64,000 nt of DNA, taken from Deltaproteobacteria bacterium. Its GTDB lineage: Bacteria > Myxococcota > Kuafuiibacteriia > Kuafuiibacteriales > Kuafuiibacteriaceae. Both the position numbers and the translations under genes were made by a program. The stretch is from NCBI GenBank assembly GCA_040218735.1, contig JAVJQW010000061.1:64001-128000 (forward strand). The letters are read 5' to 3'. Of this stretch, positions 38,053 to 47,014 are shown one piece after another (the stretch's first letter is position 1; each line of letters starts with the position of its first letter). The notes beneath the pieces are model-generated. The model did not search any database. It had not been told where the DNA came from and saw nothing but the letters and a program-made list of their open reading frames with translations.

Positions 38053-39668
38053 GTTGGGTCGCCTCCGCCCTCCTCGCCCTCGTCGTCGCGCAAGCGCCGA
38101 CCGCCGAGGCCTCGCCCGAAGAGGACCAAACCGTCCGCGGCCTCGAGGAGCAACTCATCCTGCGCCTCGACGCGACGGCTGACTTCGCGCTGACGACCGC
38201 CGAAGGCACCAACGCGGCCGGCGTGGAGATTCCGCCGGACACACTCCGTGACTCGACCAACTTCGTCATCGGCGACCTGCGCATCGGCTCCCGCGGTCTG
38301 CTGTACCAACCGCTGAGCACCTACGCGATGGCCACCGGCGGGCTGAACCTCGCGGGCGCCCCCGCGACGGTCGCGCTCGAGGAAGTCATCGCCAACGACG
38401 CCGCGGTGCACCCGACGATCTACGACCCCTACGGCGGACAGCAAGTCTTCTTGCGCCTCGCCTACGCCGAGCTCGACGGACTCACGGAGCGTGGCGCGCT
38501 GTCGCAGATCTACGTGCGGGCGGGCCGCCAGTTCCACTGGGGTGTCGCGCCGGTGACCTTCGACGGCGCGACCCTCGCGTTCGACTCGGGCCTGCTCCGC
38601 GCGAGCGGTTGGTTCGGCCAGCGCGCGGGTGTCTTCGAAGCGTTCCAACCTTCGCCGGGCATCGTCGGCGGGGCGTCGGCGCACCTCGACTTCGACGACC
38701 TCGACGTCCCGCTCTTGATTCGCGCCGAGTACACGTTTGCGCGTCGCTCGATCGCGCTCGACCCACGCGACACTGCGAACCTCGGGCTGAACGATCTCAC
38801 CGCCACCTCTCACCTCGGCCGCGTGTCCGCGTTCTACGACGTCACCCGCGACCTCCTCCTGCAGGCGCGTGTCGACACCCTCGACCAGGACGTCACCCGC
38901 GCGCGGCTCGGCGTGCGTTATCTGAACGTGCTCGGTGCGCTGTCCGTCGACCTGGATCAGAAGATCGGTGAGGAAGCGATCTACGCGGTGAGTGGGATGC
39001 GGACGATTACGGTGCGTGATCAGCGAACTCAGCTCGCACGCCCCGCCGTCGTCGAGGCGTTCCGCCTGGGGATGACCGATCGCAGCGCCTATACCCACCT
39101 CGACGCGCGCTTTGCGATCGAGATCCTCCCATGGCTGGAGATCGAACCCACCGGCGTCGCGCACGTCGTGTACGGCGACCCGGACACCCTCACGCCGTGG
39201 GACGCGTCGTTCTACGGCGTCGGGTTGGGCGTCTACAGCCGCCACCGCCTCGACGATTCGGCCGGCCTGGAGGTGGACTTCCGCTACGACGGCCGGCTCT
39301 ACGATCGCGACGTCGACGGCCTCGGCCTGTACACGGACGCGGGCGCGGGCCCCGAGAAGCTCGCCAACGAATTCACGCTGGGTGTGAGTTATGCGCTCGC
39401 GACCCGAGCCATCGGAAAACGCATGCTCCAGCGGCGCTGGCTGAAGCTCGGCGTCGCCGGGACGGTGCTGCTCTACGATCTCGCAACCCCGCACGAGGAC
39501 GACATCGGTCAGGACACGATGTTCGGCGCGTCGGCCTCGGCGGAGTGGGTACCGAACGACTACGTGTCACTCGCGCTCCGCTACGAGATGGCGGTGGACT
39601 CGTCGTTGTTCCTCCCGGAGCTCGGCGCTATCCACGAGCTCTTCCTGCGGACGCGCTTCGTGTTCTGA
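38049..39668 (+). CDS. Probable outer-membrane beta-barrel (porin-cytochrome partner)
   Basis: ATGA overlap with the hexaheme gene; signal peptide; alternating amphipathic strands; RAGRQF; C-terminal LRTRFVF ending in Phe. Confidence 0.75.
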   Translation: MSWVASALLALVVAQAPTAEASPEEDQTVRGLEEQLILRLDATADFALTTAEGTNAAGVEIPPDTLRDSTNFVIGDLRIGSRGLLYQPLSTYAMATGGLNLAGAPATVALEEVIANDAAVHPTIYDPYGGQQVFLRLAYAELDGLTERGALSQIYVRAGRQFHWGVAPVTFDGATLAFDSGLLRASGWFGQRAGVFEAFQPSPGIVGGASAHLDFDDLDVPLLIRAEYTFARRSIALDPRDTANLGLNDLTATSHLGRVSAFYDVTRDLLLQARVDTLDQDVTRARLGVRYLNVLGALSVDLDQKIGEEAIYAVSGMRTITVRDQRTQLARPAVVEAFRLGMTDRSAYTHLDARFAIEILPWLEIEPTGVAHVVYGDPDTLTPWDASFYGVGLGVYSRHRLDDSAGLEVDFRYDGRLYDRDVDGLGLYTDAGAGPEKLANEFTLGVSYALATRAIGKRMLQRRWLKLGVAGTVLLYDLATPHEDDIGQDTMFGASASAEWVPNDYVSLALRYEMAVDSSLFLPELGAIHELFLRTRFVF

Positions 39669-39678
39669 GGCCAGTGCG

Positions 39679-41859
39679 ATGGGCAACACGGTCTTCTACA
39701 CGATCCACGCGAGCAACAAGATCTCCGCGGACGAGATCGAAACGCGGCTCATGCCGCTCGCGTTCCTCCCGCCCAACGACAAGGAGCGGCGGCGACTCGC
39801 GTCCGGCGTGCTTCGGTCCTACTCGGCCGGCGAGAACATCTTTGCGCAAGGTGAGTACGGCACGTCGATGTTCGCGCTCATGCGCGGGCGCGTGAGCCTG
39901 CAGCTCGCCTCGGGGTTCGGTGCGGAGGCGCCGGGTTCGGAGGCGCAGAAGGGCATCGACATTCCGCTTCGGGTCCTCGACGCGGACGGTGATCAAAACT
40001 GGTTCGGTGAACGGGCCGTGCTCGGGCGAGGCCTGCGACCGTACACCGCGTGTGCGCTCACCGACGTGATGGTCCTGCAGATCGACAAGATCGACATCGA
40101 CCGCCTCGACGGCACGTACGGCGACGTCATCGCTCAGCTCGAACGCCTCTCCGAGCAGAACACGATCGAGACCTTCCTCCTCGGGCACCGCGCCTTTGCT
40201 TCGCTCACCTCGCGCGACCTACGACCCATCTGGTCGAACGGGCGACTCCGACAGTACGGACGCGGTGAAGTCATCGACCAACGTGGCGGATCCTCGGACA
40301 CCGTTCGGCTCGTGAAGGGCGGCGTGGCCAAACTCACCCGGGCGGGCGTCGGCGCCAACGCGCACGAGATCGTGCTCGCCTACTACGGCAGTGGGGATGT
40401 GGTCGGCACGGACGCCTCGCGGAGCCGGATGGGTTCGTTGCTCGCTATGAGTGTCACGGAGGTCGTGGAGGTTTCGAGGAACGCCTTCGACCAGGTCCGC
40501 GCGGTGGCCGAGGTGCAGCGCCCCGGTTGGTCCGAGCAGTTCGAGAAGGTCACCCTCGACGCCAACGATGCCCCCTCGCGCGTGAAGATCGGCGACGGCG
40601 CCTCTTCGCTCTTCCTCAACCAGCTCCTCGCCGACACCGCACAGGACGCGAAGTCACTGATGACCATCGATCTGGATCTCTGCATCCGGTGCGGCAACTG
40701 CGTGCGCTCCTGCGAGGCGCGCCACGGTTTCCCGAAGATGGTGAGGCGCGGAAACAAACTCGATCGCACGCCCGCGAACCCATCCGACCCCAAGCCGCTA
40801 CTCATCCCGACGTCGTGTCGTCACTGTGAGTCTCCGGAGTGCATGGTCGGGTGCCCGACCGGCGCCATTCACCTCAAACCCACCGGTGAGGTCGCGATTC
40901 GCAACGACTGCATCGGCTGTTCGAACTGCGCGCTGCGTTGCCCGTGGGACAACATCACGATGGTCGCGAGAGAGAAGGTCGAGCGGCCGGAGCTCGGGAT
41001 CGTCGTCGAGGAGATCGCGAGCAAGTGTGACCTCTGCTTCGGCTACTCGGAGGCCAACTGCGTCTACAACTGCCCGACGCAAGCCATCTTGCGCGTGGAC
41101 CCCGTGCAGTTCTTCCCGGAGGTCGCTGCGCAGCTGCCGGAGCGCAGGCACGCGCCGCAGGACGCGACGAAGCGCCGCACGGGTGCGGCCCGTGACCTCT
41201 CCCGGCTCGTCATCTGGTCCATCGCCGCGGTGCTGTTCGCGGTCCTCACGGCACTGTGGGCCACGGCGACTCCGTACAGCCCCGCGTCGGCGCGAGGCGG
41301 TGTCCTCGGTGGCGTCGCGCTGCTGTGTTTCGCGGGCGCCACCGCGCTCGCATGGCGAAGGCGGCGCAACGGGCTCGGGCGCCTGAAGGAGGAAGAACGA
41401 AACCGGCGCGCCGCCGACGCCAACGCACCATCCTCCGGGCGCGTGCAGTGGGGCCCGTTCTACCTGTGGGCGCGCGCGCACGTCGCGCTCGGCACGCTCG
41501 GGCTGGGCGCCGCGTTGCTGCACGCGGACTTCGCCGCGCGGAGCCTGCTGTCCGCGGGCCTCGTGTTGATGATGTTGTTCGCGATCGCGACCGGGCTGTT
41601 CGGCGTCTTCTGGGCGCGTTGGATGCCGAAGGCGATCACCCGCATCGAAGGGGACGCCCAGCTCGAAGAGGACCTGCGCGACGAGCTCGCGACGGGACTC
41701 GCCGACGAAGCCCGAGTCGCGCAGCTCGAAGCGGGGCTCCGCCTTCACGCCGTGCGACGTGTCTGGCTCGTCGCGCACATCTGCACCGCGGTCGGACTCC
41801 TCGCGCTCCTCGCGGTGCACGTGGTGGTGGGCCTTCGCATCCTGGGGGCGATGCTTTGA
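39679..41859 (+). CDS. Tandem cNMP-binding domains + 4x[4Fe-4S] DmsB/NrfC-like domain + His-containing membrane domain
   Basis: IFAQGEYG...WFGERAVL..R..TACA and a second cNMP-like repeat; CIRCGNCVRSC, CRHCESPECMVGCP, CIGCSNCALRCP, CDLC..CVYNCP; TM helices with four His. Confidence 0.85.
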   Translation: MGNTVFYTIHASNKISADEIETRLMPLAFLPPNDKERRRLASGVLRSYSAGENIFAQGEYGTSMFALMRGRVSLQLASGFGAEAPGSEAQKGIDIPLRVLDADGDQNWFGERAVLGRGLRPYTACALTDVMVLQIDKIDIDRLDGTYGDVIAQLERLSEQNTIETFLLGHRAFASLTSRDLRPIWSNGRLRQYGRGEVIDQRGGSSDTVRLVKGGVAKLTRAGVGANAHEIVLAYYGSGDVVGTDASRSRMGSLLAMSVTEVVEVSRNAFDQVRAVAEVQRPGWSEQFEKVTLDANDAPSRVKIGDGASSLFLNQLLADTAQDAKSLMTIDLDLCIRCGNCVRSCEARHGFPKMVRRGNKLDRTPANPSDPKPLLIPTSCRHCESPECMVGCPTGAIHLKPTGEVAIRNDCIGCSNCALRCPWDNITMVAREKVERPELGIVVEEIASKCDLCFGYSEANCVYNCPTQAILRVDPVQFFPEVAAQLPERRHAPQDATKRRTGAARDLSRLVIWSIAAVLFAVLTALWATATPYSPASARGGVLGGVALLCFAGATALAWRRRRNGLGRLKEEERNRRAADANAPSSGRVQWGPFYLWARAHVALGTLGLGAALLHADFAARSLLSAGLVLMMLFAIATGLFGVFWARWMPKAITRIEGDAQLEEDLRDELATGLADEARVAQLEAGLRLHAVRRVWLVAHICTAVGLLALLAVHVVVGLRILGAML

Positions 41860-44800
41860 CGCAGGAACGGCACGTCGTCGTCGAGGACATCGACGCCGAA
41901 GGTACCGGCGAGCTGATCCTCGCGCGGTACGCGGACCGCGCCGCGCTGTCGTTCCTCTTCGGCCCGCACGAGGGGCGCCACGTCTTCATCGGCGACGGGC
42001 CGCTCACGTTCGGGAGCGGGAACACGTGTGATGTCGTCCTGGACGGCGACGGCGTCGCGCGGGTGCACGCGAAGATCGATCGCGACGGACCGAACTGGAT
42101 CCTGACGCGCCTCGACGCATCACTTCCGCTCGCGGTGGACGACCGCGCCGTCGCTTCGGCGTGTGTGTTGATCCACGGCGCCACGATCTCGGTCGGGCCG
42201 TCCCACGTCGTGTTCCTCACCGACGTCGTCGACCGCCGCGAAGGCACGCTCGCCGCGACGGTGCCCGCGTCGGCCGAGGCGGCGCGGTTCGTGTTGCCCG
42301 ATGGCCCCGCCAAGAAGCCGGGTGTGCTGCTCGGCTCGAGCCCGACCTGCGACGTGCCGCTCCTCCTGCGCAGCGTGCAGCGTCGACACGCGCGCATCGA
42401 CTACCGCGTTCGACCGACGGAGGGGGGCCCGCTCACCGGGGCCTTCGAGCTGTCGGATCTCAGCGGCGGTTCGACGTTCGTCAACGGCGACAAGGTTCAT
42501 AAGAAGTGGCTCGACACCGGGGACGTGATTCGCCTCGGCGGCTACGAGCTGCGCACGACGATCCGCGAGAACCGCTGTGAGATCACCGCGGCGGTCGTGG
42601 AACCGGACCGCGACATCCCGAGCTACGCGATCGACGTCCCCAGCGGACGAGCGGGCGCCACCGTGCTCCCGCGCCCGTCGGACGCACGCTCCGCCCAGGC
42701 CGCACCGCCGCGCTTCAGCCTGCAACCCAAGGACGGGAGTGTGTTCCGCACGCCGACCGAGATACTGCACAACGGCGCGACGATCCTCGCGCCGCAGGTC
42801 GCGCCGAAGGACAACCGCCTCGCGGTGAAGTGGAAGGAGCCGGACGACGTCCGCACGAGCACCCGGCTCCGCAACGCGGTCCTCGTCAGCGTCGCGCTGG
42901 GTGTCGTCACGGCCGGCGCGCTGATCTTCGCGGGCGGTGACGAGGTCTCCGCGCTCCCGCCCGTCCGCCACACCCAAGATGTCGCGTGCGCGAGCTGCCA
43001 CGTCGGAGGCGCGGCCGCCACGCCGACCGTCGAGGCCTGCACCAGCTGTCACGAACACGAGGGGTACGAGCATCGCGTCCGCCCTGCGCACGCGTTCGGC
43101 GAGGACATCACGAGCTGCGCCGACTGCCACGGCGAGCACCGTGAGGCGTCGGAGCCGAAGCAGGTCGCGAGCGCGCGATGCGCCGCGTGTCACGAGTCGC
43201 GGCATTCGAAGCTCGTCGTTCGCGGCGCCCCGCCCGAGATCGTCGAGGCGCCGGGGATCTTCGCGGACGTCGAGGAGACACCTCGACCGTATCGACTCCA
43301 GCTGCACCGCCTTCACGACGCGGTGCCGCACCGGTGCCGTGCGTGCCACGAAGCGGACGGTGCCGCGCGTTCGCCGGGCGCAGCCTGGAACGCGTGCGGG
43401 AGCTGCCACGTCCAGCTCGCCGAGGGCCTCGCGATTCAGTCGTGCGCGAGTTGCCACGTCGAACACCGCGACGAACGCGCCGCGCCGGCGGAGCGCACGT
43501 ACGCCGCGGCGAGCGCGTTGCCGTGGTCGGCGGGGATCGTGCTCGGGTTCTTGTTGTTGACGGCGCTGCTGCTGCGCGTCGTGCCGAGCCGCGCGCACGA
43601 GCGGGAACGCAAGGTCACGCACGAGGAGGTTCCGCCGCCGGGGCTCGGACGCAAGAAGGAGCTCGAGACACCGCCGACCGAGTGCCCCGGTGCGGAGCGT
43701 GGACAAGCGATCAAGCTGCCTCGGCTGTACCCGGAGAAGTGCGTCGGGAGTCGGACGTGTGTGGAGCGCTGCCCGTACAACGTGCTCGAGATGAAGGACG
43801 GCCTCCCCGAGCTGGTCGCGCCGCACAAGTGTCACGAGTGTGGGATCTGCGTGGAGGTTTGTAAGTTCAACGCGCTCGAGATGGTCGAGCCGAACAAGCC
43901 GGCCAAGACGGAGGAAGTGCCCGCGCTGTCCGCCGACTTCGAAACGGGGCTCACGCCCGAGCGGCGCGGCCTCTACGTGATCGGACACGCAGCGGGCGTG
44001 TCGAAGGTGAAAAACGCGGCCAACCTCGGGGTGTGGGTCGTGCAGCACATGATCGACGAGGGCGGTGTGAAGCCAGGGGCCGCGGCGCGACTTGGACTGT
44101 CCGCCGAGGTCATCATCCTCGGCGCCGGCCCCGGTGGGTTGGCGGCCGCCGTCAACGCGCGCGAGGAGGGGCTGACTTCGATCGTCTTCGACGTGGAGGA
44201 CGAAACACTCTCCACGATTCGTAAGTACGGCGCGACGAAGAAATACGAGGCGAACCCACCCCACGTCGAGAACAAGGGTCCGTTCGTGCTCGAGACCGGG
44301 CAGCAACCTGGCTTGCTCTCGGCGATCGAGAGCGTCGTCGTTCGCGCGGACCTCGACATCCGGTTGGGCGTGAAGCTCGCGAAGGAGAACAGCCTCACGC
44401 AGGACGGTGACGTGCTGACGCTCGACACGAATCAGGGCGCCTTCACGGCGCTTCGGTTGATCGTCGCGGTCGGGATGGGAGAGCCGCGCAAGCTCGGACC
44501 CGAGGTCCCGGTCGCGCCGGGTACGGACATTCGTTACTCGATCGTCGAGGGTGAGCCGCCGAAGGGTAAGGCGGTGATGGTGAACGGCGCCGGTAACATG
44601 GCGCTGGAGGTGGCCGCGCAGCTCGAGGCCCGCGGGAATCGGGTGACGATCATCTACCGCGGAGACAAGTTGAAGAGCGCGAGCCCCGGGAACGTCGAGA
44701 TGCTGGAGCAGCTCGTCGGAGCGGGGCGGCTGACACTCCTCATGGAGACGTCTCCGGTGGCGCTCGCGCCCGGCGCGGTGACCGTGCGCACGAAGGACGC

Positions 44801-44966
44801 CCCGTCCGACCAGCGCATCGACGCCGACGTGTTCTACTGCCTGATCGGCCAGATCGCGCCCACGAAGTGGCTCGATGGCCTCGGCGTCCCGGTCAAGGAC
44901 CGCCCGATGACGGAGCGTGTCCCCCGGACCGACCAGCCTCAGTTCTTGCTGCGCAAACAGGAGTGA
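41856..44966 (+). CDS. FHA-FHA-TM-heptaheme c-TM-ferredoxin-FAD/NAD(P)H oxidoreductase fusion
   Basis: TTGA overlap; two FHA-like domains; 7 CxxCH between two TMs; CVGSRTCVERCP and CHECGICVEVC; GLYVIG, GAGPGG, GAGNMA. Confidence 0.85.
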   Translation: MTQERHVVVEDIDAEGTGELILARYADRAALSFLFGPHEGRHVFIGDGPLTFGSGNTCDVVLDGDGVARVHAKIDRDGPNWILTRLDASLPLAVDDRAVASACVLIHGATISVGPSHVVFLTDVVDRREGTLAATVPASAEAARFVLPDGPAKKPGVLLGSSPTCDVPLLLRSVQRRHARIDYRVRPTEGGPLTGAFELSDLSGGSTFVNGDKVHKKWLDTGDVIRLGGYELRTTIRENRCEITAAVVEPDRDIPSYAIDVPSGRAGATVLPRPSDARSAQAAPPRFSLQPKDGSVFRTPTEILHNGATILAPQVAPKDNRLAVKWKEPDDVRTSTRLRNAVLVSVALGVVTAGALIFAGGDEVSALPPVRHTQDVACASCHVGGAAATPTVEACTSCHEHEGYEHRVRPAHAFGEDITSCADCHGEHREASEPKQVASARCAACHESRHSKLVVRGAPPEIVEAPGIFADVEETPRPYRLQLHRLHDAVPHRCRACHEADGAARSPGAAWNACGSCHVQLAEGLAIQSCASCHVEHRDERAAPAERTYAAASALPWSAGIVLGFLLLTALLLRVVPSRAHERERKVTHEEVPPPGLGRKKELETPPTECPGAERGQAIKLPRLYPEKCVGSRTCVERCPYNVLEMKDGLPELVAPHKCHECGICVEVCKFNALEMVEPNKPAKTEEVPALSADFETGLTPERRGLYVIGHAAGVSKVKNAANLGVWVVQHMIDEGGVKPGAAARLGLSAEVIILGAGPGGLAAAVNAREEGLTSIVFDVEDETLSTIRKYGATKKYEANPPHVENKGPFVLETGQQPGLLSAIESVVVRADLDIRLGVKLAKENSLTQDGDVLTLDTNQGAFTALRLIVAVGMGEPRKLGPEVPVAPGTDIRYSIVEGEPPKGKAVMVNGAGNMALEVAAQLEARGNRVTIIYRGDKLKSASPGNVEMLEQLVGAGRLTLLMETSPVALAPGAVTVRTKDAPSDQRIDADVFYCLIGQIAPTKWLDGLGVPVKDRPMTERVPRTDQPQFLLRKQE

Positions 44967-44999
44967 TCGTTTCGCGCGGGTCGCCGCACGACGGAGGTG

Positions 45000-45944
45000 A
45001 TGCTGCTGAAGAACGCCCGCCGCCTCGTGATCCTCTGCACCGCCGTCCTCCTCACGAACCCGCTCACGGTCTGTGTCGTGGGCCGAATCAACCGCCTCCT
45101 CGGCCGCCCGCTATGCACGATGTTCGTAGGTTACGCCGCGAGCCGGGAGTACAGCCAGGCCTACGCCTTCTCGTTCATGCTTCCCTGGATTCGCTACACG
45201 CCGATGATCGTCGGACTGTTCATCCAGAACGGGCGACTCGGAATCATCGCGATGACGAGCTCGGTCGAGCCCGACTTCCTGTCGCCGGTGCACCTCGACC
45301 GGCTCCACGAAGGCTGCCACCGAATCGCGGAGCGCCTCGGCATCGAGGAGGTGAACTTCTCGGGCATCCTCCCCACGGTGTTTCGGCGCGCGGGGCTGAT
45401 GACCGAGCTGCATCATCAGTCGCGCTGTCGTGTCGTGGGTCGCGTCGTGACGGACGCGGCCATTCGCACCGCGGAGGCACACGACATCGACGCGTACCTC
45501 CCGATCGTCCTGTTGGGCGGGCGCGGCAGCGTCGGTCGAGCGGTCTCGGCGGAGCTGGGACGACGTGGACGCACGTGTTTCATCGTGGACCTGAACGATC
45601 GATGGCCGGAGCACCTCCGCGGCGAGCGCATCCTCCTCGTCGACGTTTCCAAACGCGGCGCGCTCGAACGCCGCGCGTCGCAGCTGTGGGAAGGCGTCGT
45701 GGTCCTCAACGAGGCCTACCCCGAGCCCGACCCCGGCACGGTCCGCGCGCTGCGCGCCCGCGGGATCGCGGTGCACCACGTGTGCGGCGTCGCGGCGACG
45801 TCCTTGCCGCCCTTCCCGGGCGCGTACGCCGGCGGCGTCCCGTGCTGCGCAGCGCGAGAAGATCCGGGACTTCGGGCCGTGGTCAAGACGCTGAGTGGCG
45901 TCCCGCGACGAAGCGCGGCGAACAAGACACGTCGCGCCGCCTGA
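45000..45944 (+). CDS. Hypothetical protein with Rossmann-like motif
   Basis: GGAGG RBS; IVLLGGRGSVG; followed by a terminator. Confidence 0.7.
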   Translation: MLLKNARRLVILCTAVLLTNPLTVCVVGRINRLLGRPLCTMFVGYAASREYSQAYAFSFMLPWIRYTPMIVGLFIQNGRLGIIAMTSSVEPDFLSPVHLDRLHEGCHRIAERLGIEEVNFSGILPTVFRRAGLMTELHHQSRCRVVGRVVTDAAIRTAEAHDIDAYLPIVLLGGRGSVGRAVSAELGRRGRTCFIVDLNDRWPEHLRGERILLVDVSKRGALERRASQLWEGVVVLNEAYPEPDPGTVRALRARGIAVHHVCGVAATSLPPFPGAYAGGVPCCAAREDPGLRAVVKTLSGVPRRSAANKTRRAA

Positions 45945-45971
45945 ACCTCTCGATCGAATCGAACTTCGAAG

Positions 45972-46015
45972 AGACCCGCTCGCAATTTCGCGAGCGGGTC
46001 TTTTTTCGTTTTTTT
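45972..46015 (+). terminator. Rho-independent terminator
   Basis: 12-bp perfect stem AGACCCGCTCGC / GCGAGCGGGTCT, 6-nt loop, then T tracts. Confidence 0.85.
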
Positions 46016-46077
46016 CTCGCGGCGGTGATCGAACCCGAGACCTCTCTTCACGGAGAGGTCAAATGGAGATCATCAAC

Positions 46078-47010
46078 ATGAACACCGCCCTCACCCGCAT
46101 CGTCGCTTCGTTCGCCTGTGCTTCCTTCGTCGCCTGCGGCGGCGTCGCGCCGACCGACACCACGGCCGCGAACGCGTCCACGCTCGAGGTGCAGGTGGAG
46201 CCGTCGATCGTCGACTCCATCGCGACCATGGGGAAGGACTCGCGCTACTTCCGTGACCTCATGAAGCAGGCCAGCATCCTCGACCTCTTCGACAACCCAC
46301 GCTTCCAGGTCACCGTCTTCGTGCCGCACCGTAGCGCGCTCGAGGCGTACATGGAGCGTCGCCCGTGGCTCGCGAAGCCGGGCAACGAAGACGAGCTCGC
46401 GGAGCTCCTGCTCGGGCACTTCGTCCCGGGTCGCATCGAGCAGAGCGCGCTCCGCGGCGCCGACCTCGCAACGCTGGTCGACGACGTCGGCCTCGCGATC
46501 GTCGACCCGCAGGTGCGGCTCGGCTCGCGCACCGGGCGTACCGCGAACATCCACGGCCTTGCTGCGAGCGCCTTCTCGGGGAACGTCTTCACGATCGACG
46601 ACGTTCTCCCCCCGCACGCCGACCTGACGACCGCGCTGCGGGCTCGCCGCCCCCTCTTCGCCGCCGCCTTCGAAGTCGCGTACCCCCGCGGCCTGCCCCG
46701 CGAGCTCACCGTCCTGATGCCCGACGACCAGGCCCTCCTCGACGCCCGCCTCGACCTCGCCGCGATCCAGTCGGGCCGCGTCGACCGGCAGGTCGTGGAC
46801 TTCGTCCGCCGCCACACCATCGACGGCCGCATCACGCTCGACGACCTCGAGAGCCGCAAGCTGTTCACCCTCGCCGGCGCCCCGGTGCGGGCCGAGGCGA
46901 CGAAGCACGGCCCGATGCTCCGCGTGGGTCGCGACGCCAAGGTGCGCCTGCTCGACACCGACATGCACCGCGACGATGGCGCCATCCACGAGCTCGACGG
47001 GGCGCTCTGA
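46078..47010 (+). CDS. Fasciclin (FAS1) two-domain lipoprotein
   Basis: FVAC lipobox; TVFVP..SA, LLGHFVPG, FTIDDVL; second repeat TVLMPDD...GAIHELDG; alternative ATG at 46063. Confidence 0.85.
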   Translation: MNTALTRIVASFACASFVACGGVAPTDTTAANASTLEVQVEPSIVDSIATMGKDSRYFRDLMKQASILDLFDNPRFQVTVFVPHRSALEAYMERRPWLAKPGNEDELAELLLGHFVPGRIEQSALRGADLATLVDDVGLAIVDPQVRLGSRTGRTANIHGLAASAFSGNVFTIDDVLPPHADLTTALRARRPLFAAAFEVAYPRGLPRELTVLMPDDQALLDARLDLAAIQSGRVDRQVVDFVRRHTIDGRITLDDLESRKLFTLAGAPVRAEATKHGPMLRVGRDAKVRLLDTDMHRDDGAIHELDGAL

Positions 47011-47014
47011 GTTG

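Noticed and set aside
41256-41855. 200-aa N-terminal extension of the FHA/heme/reductase ORF
   Set aside because: Overlaps the preceding gene out of frame; a TTGA-coupled start at 41856 is more plausible
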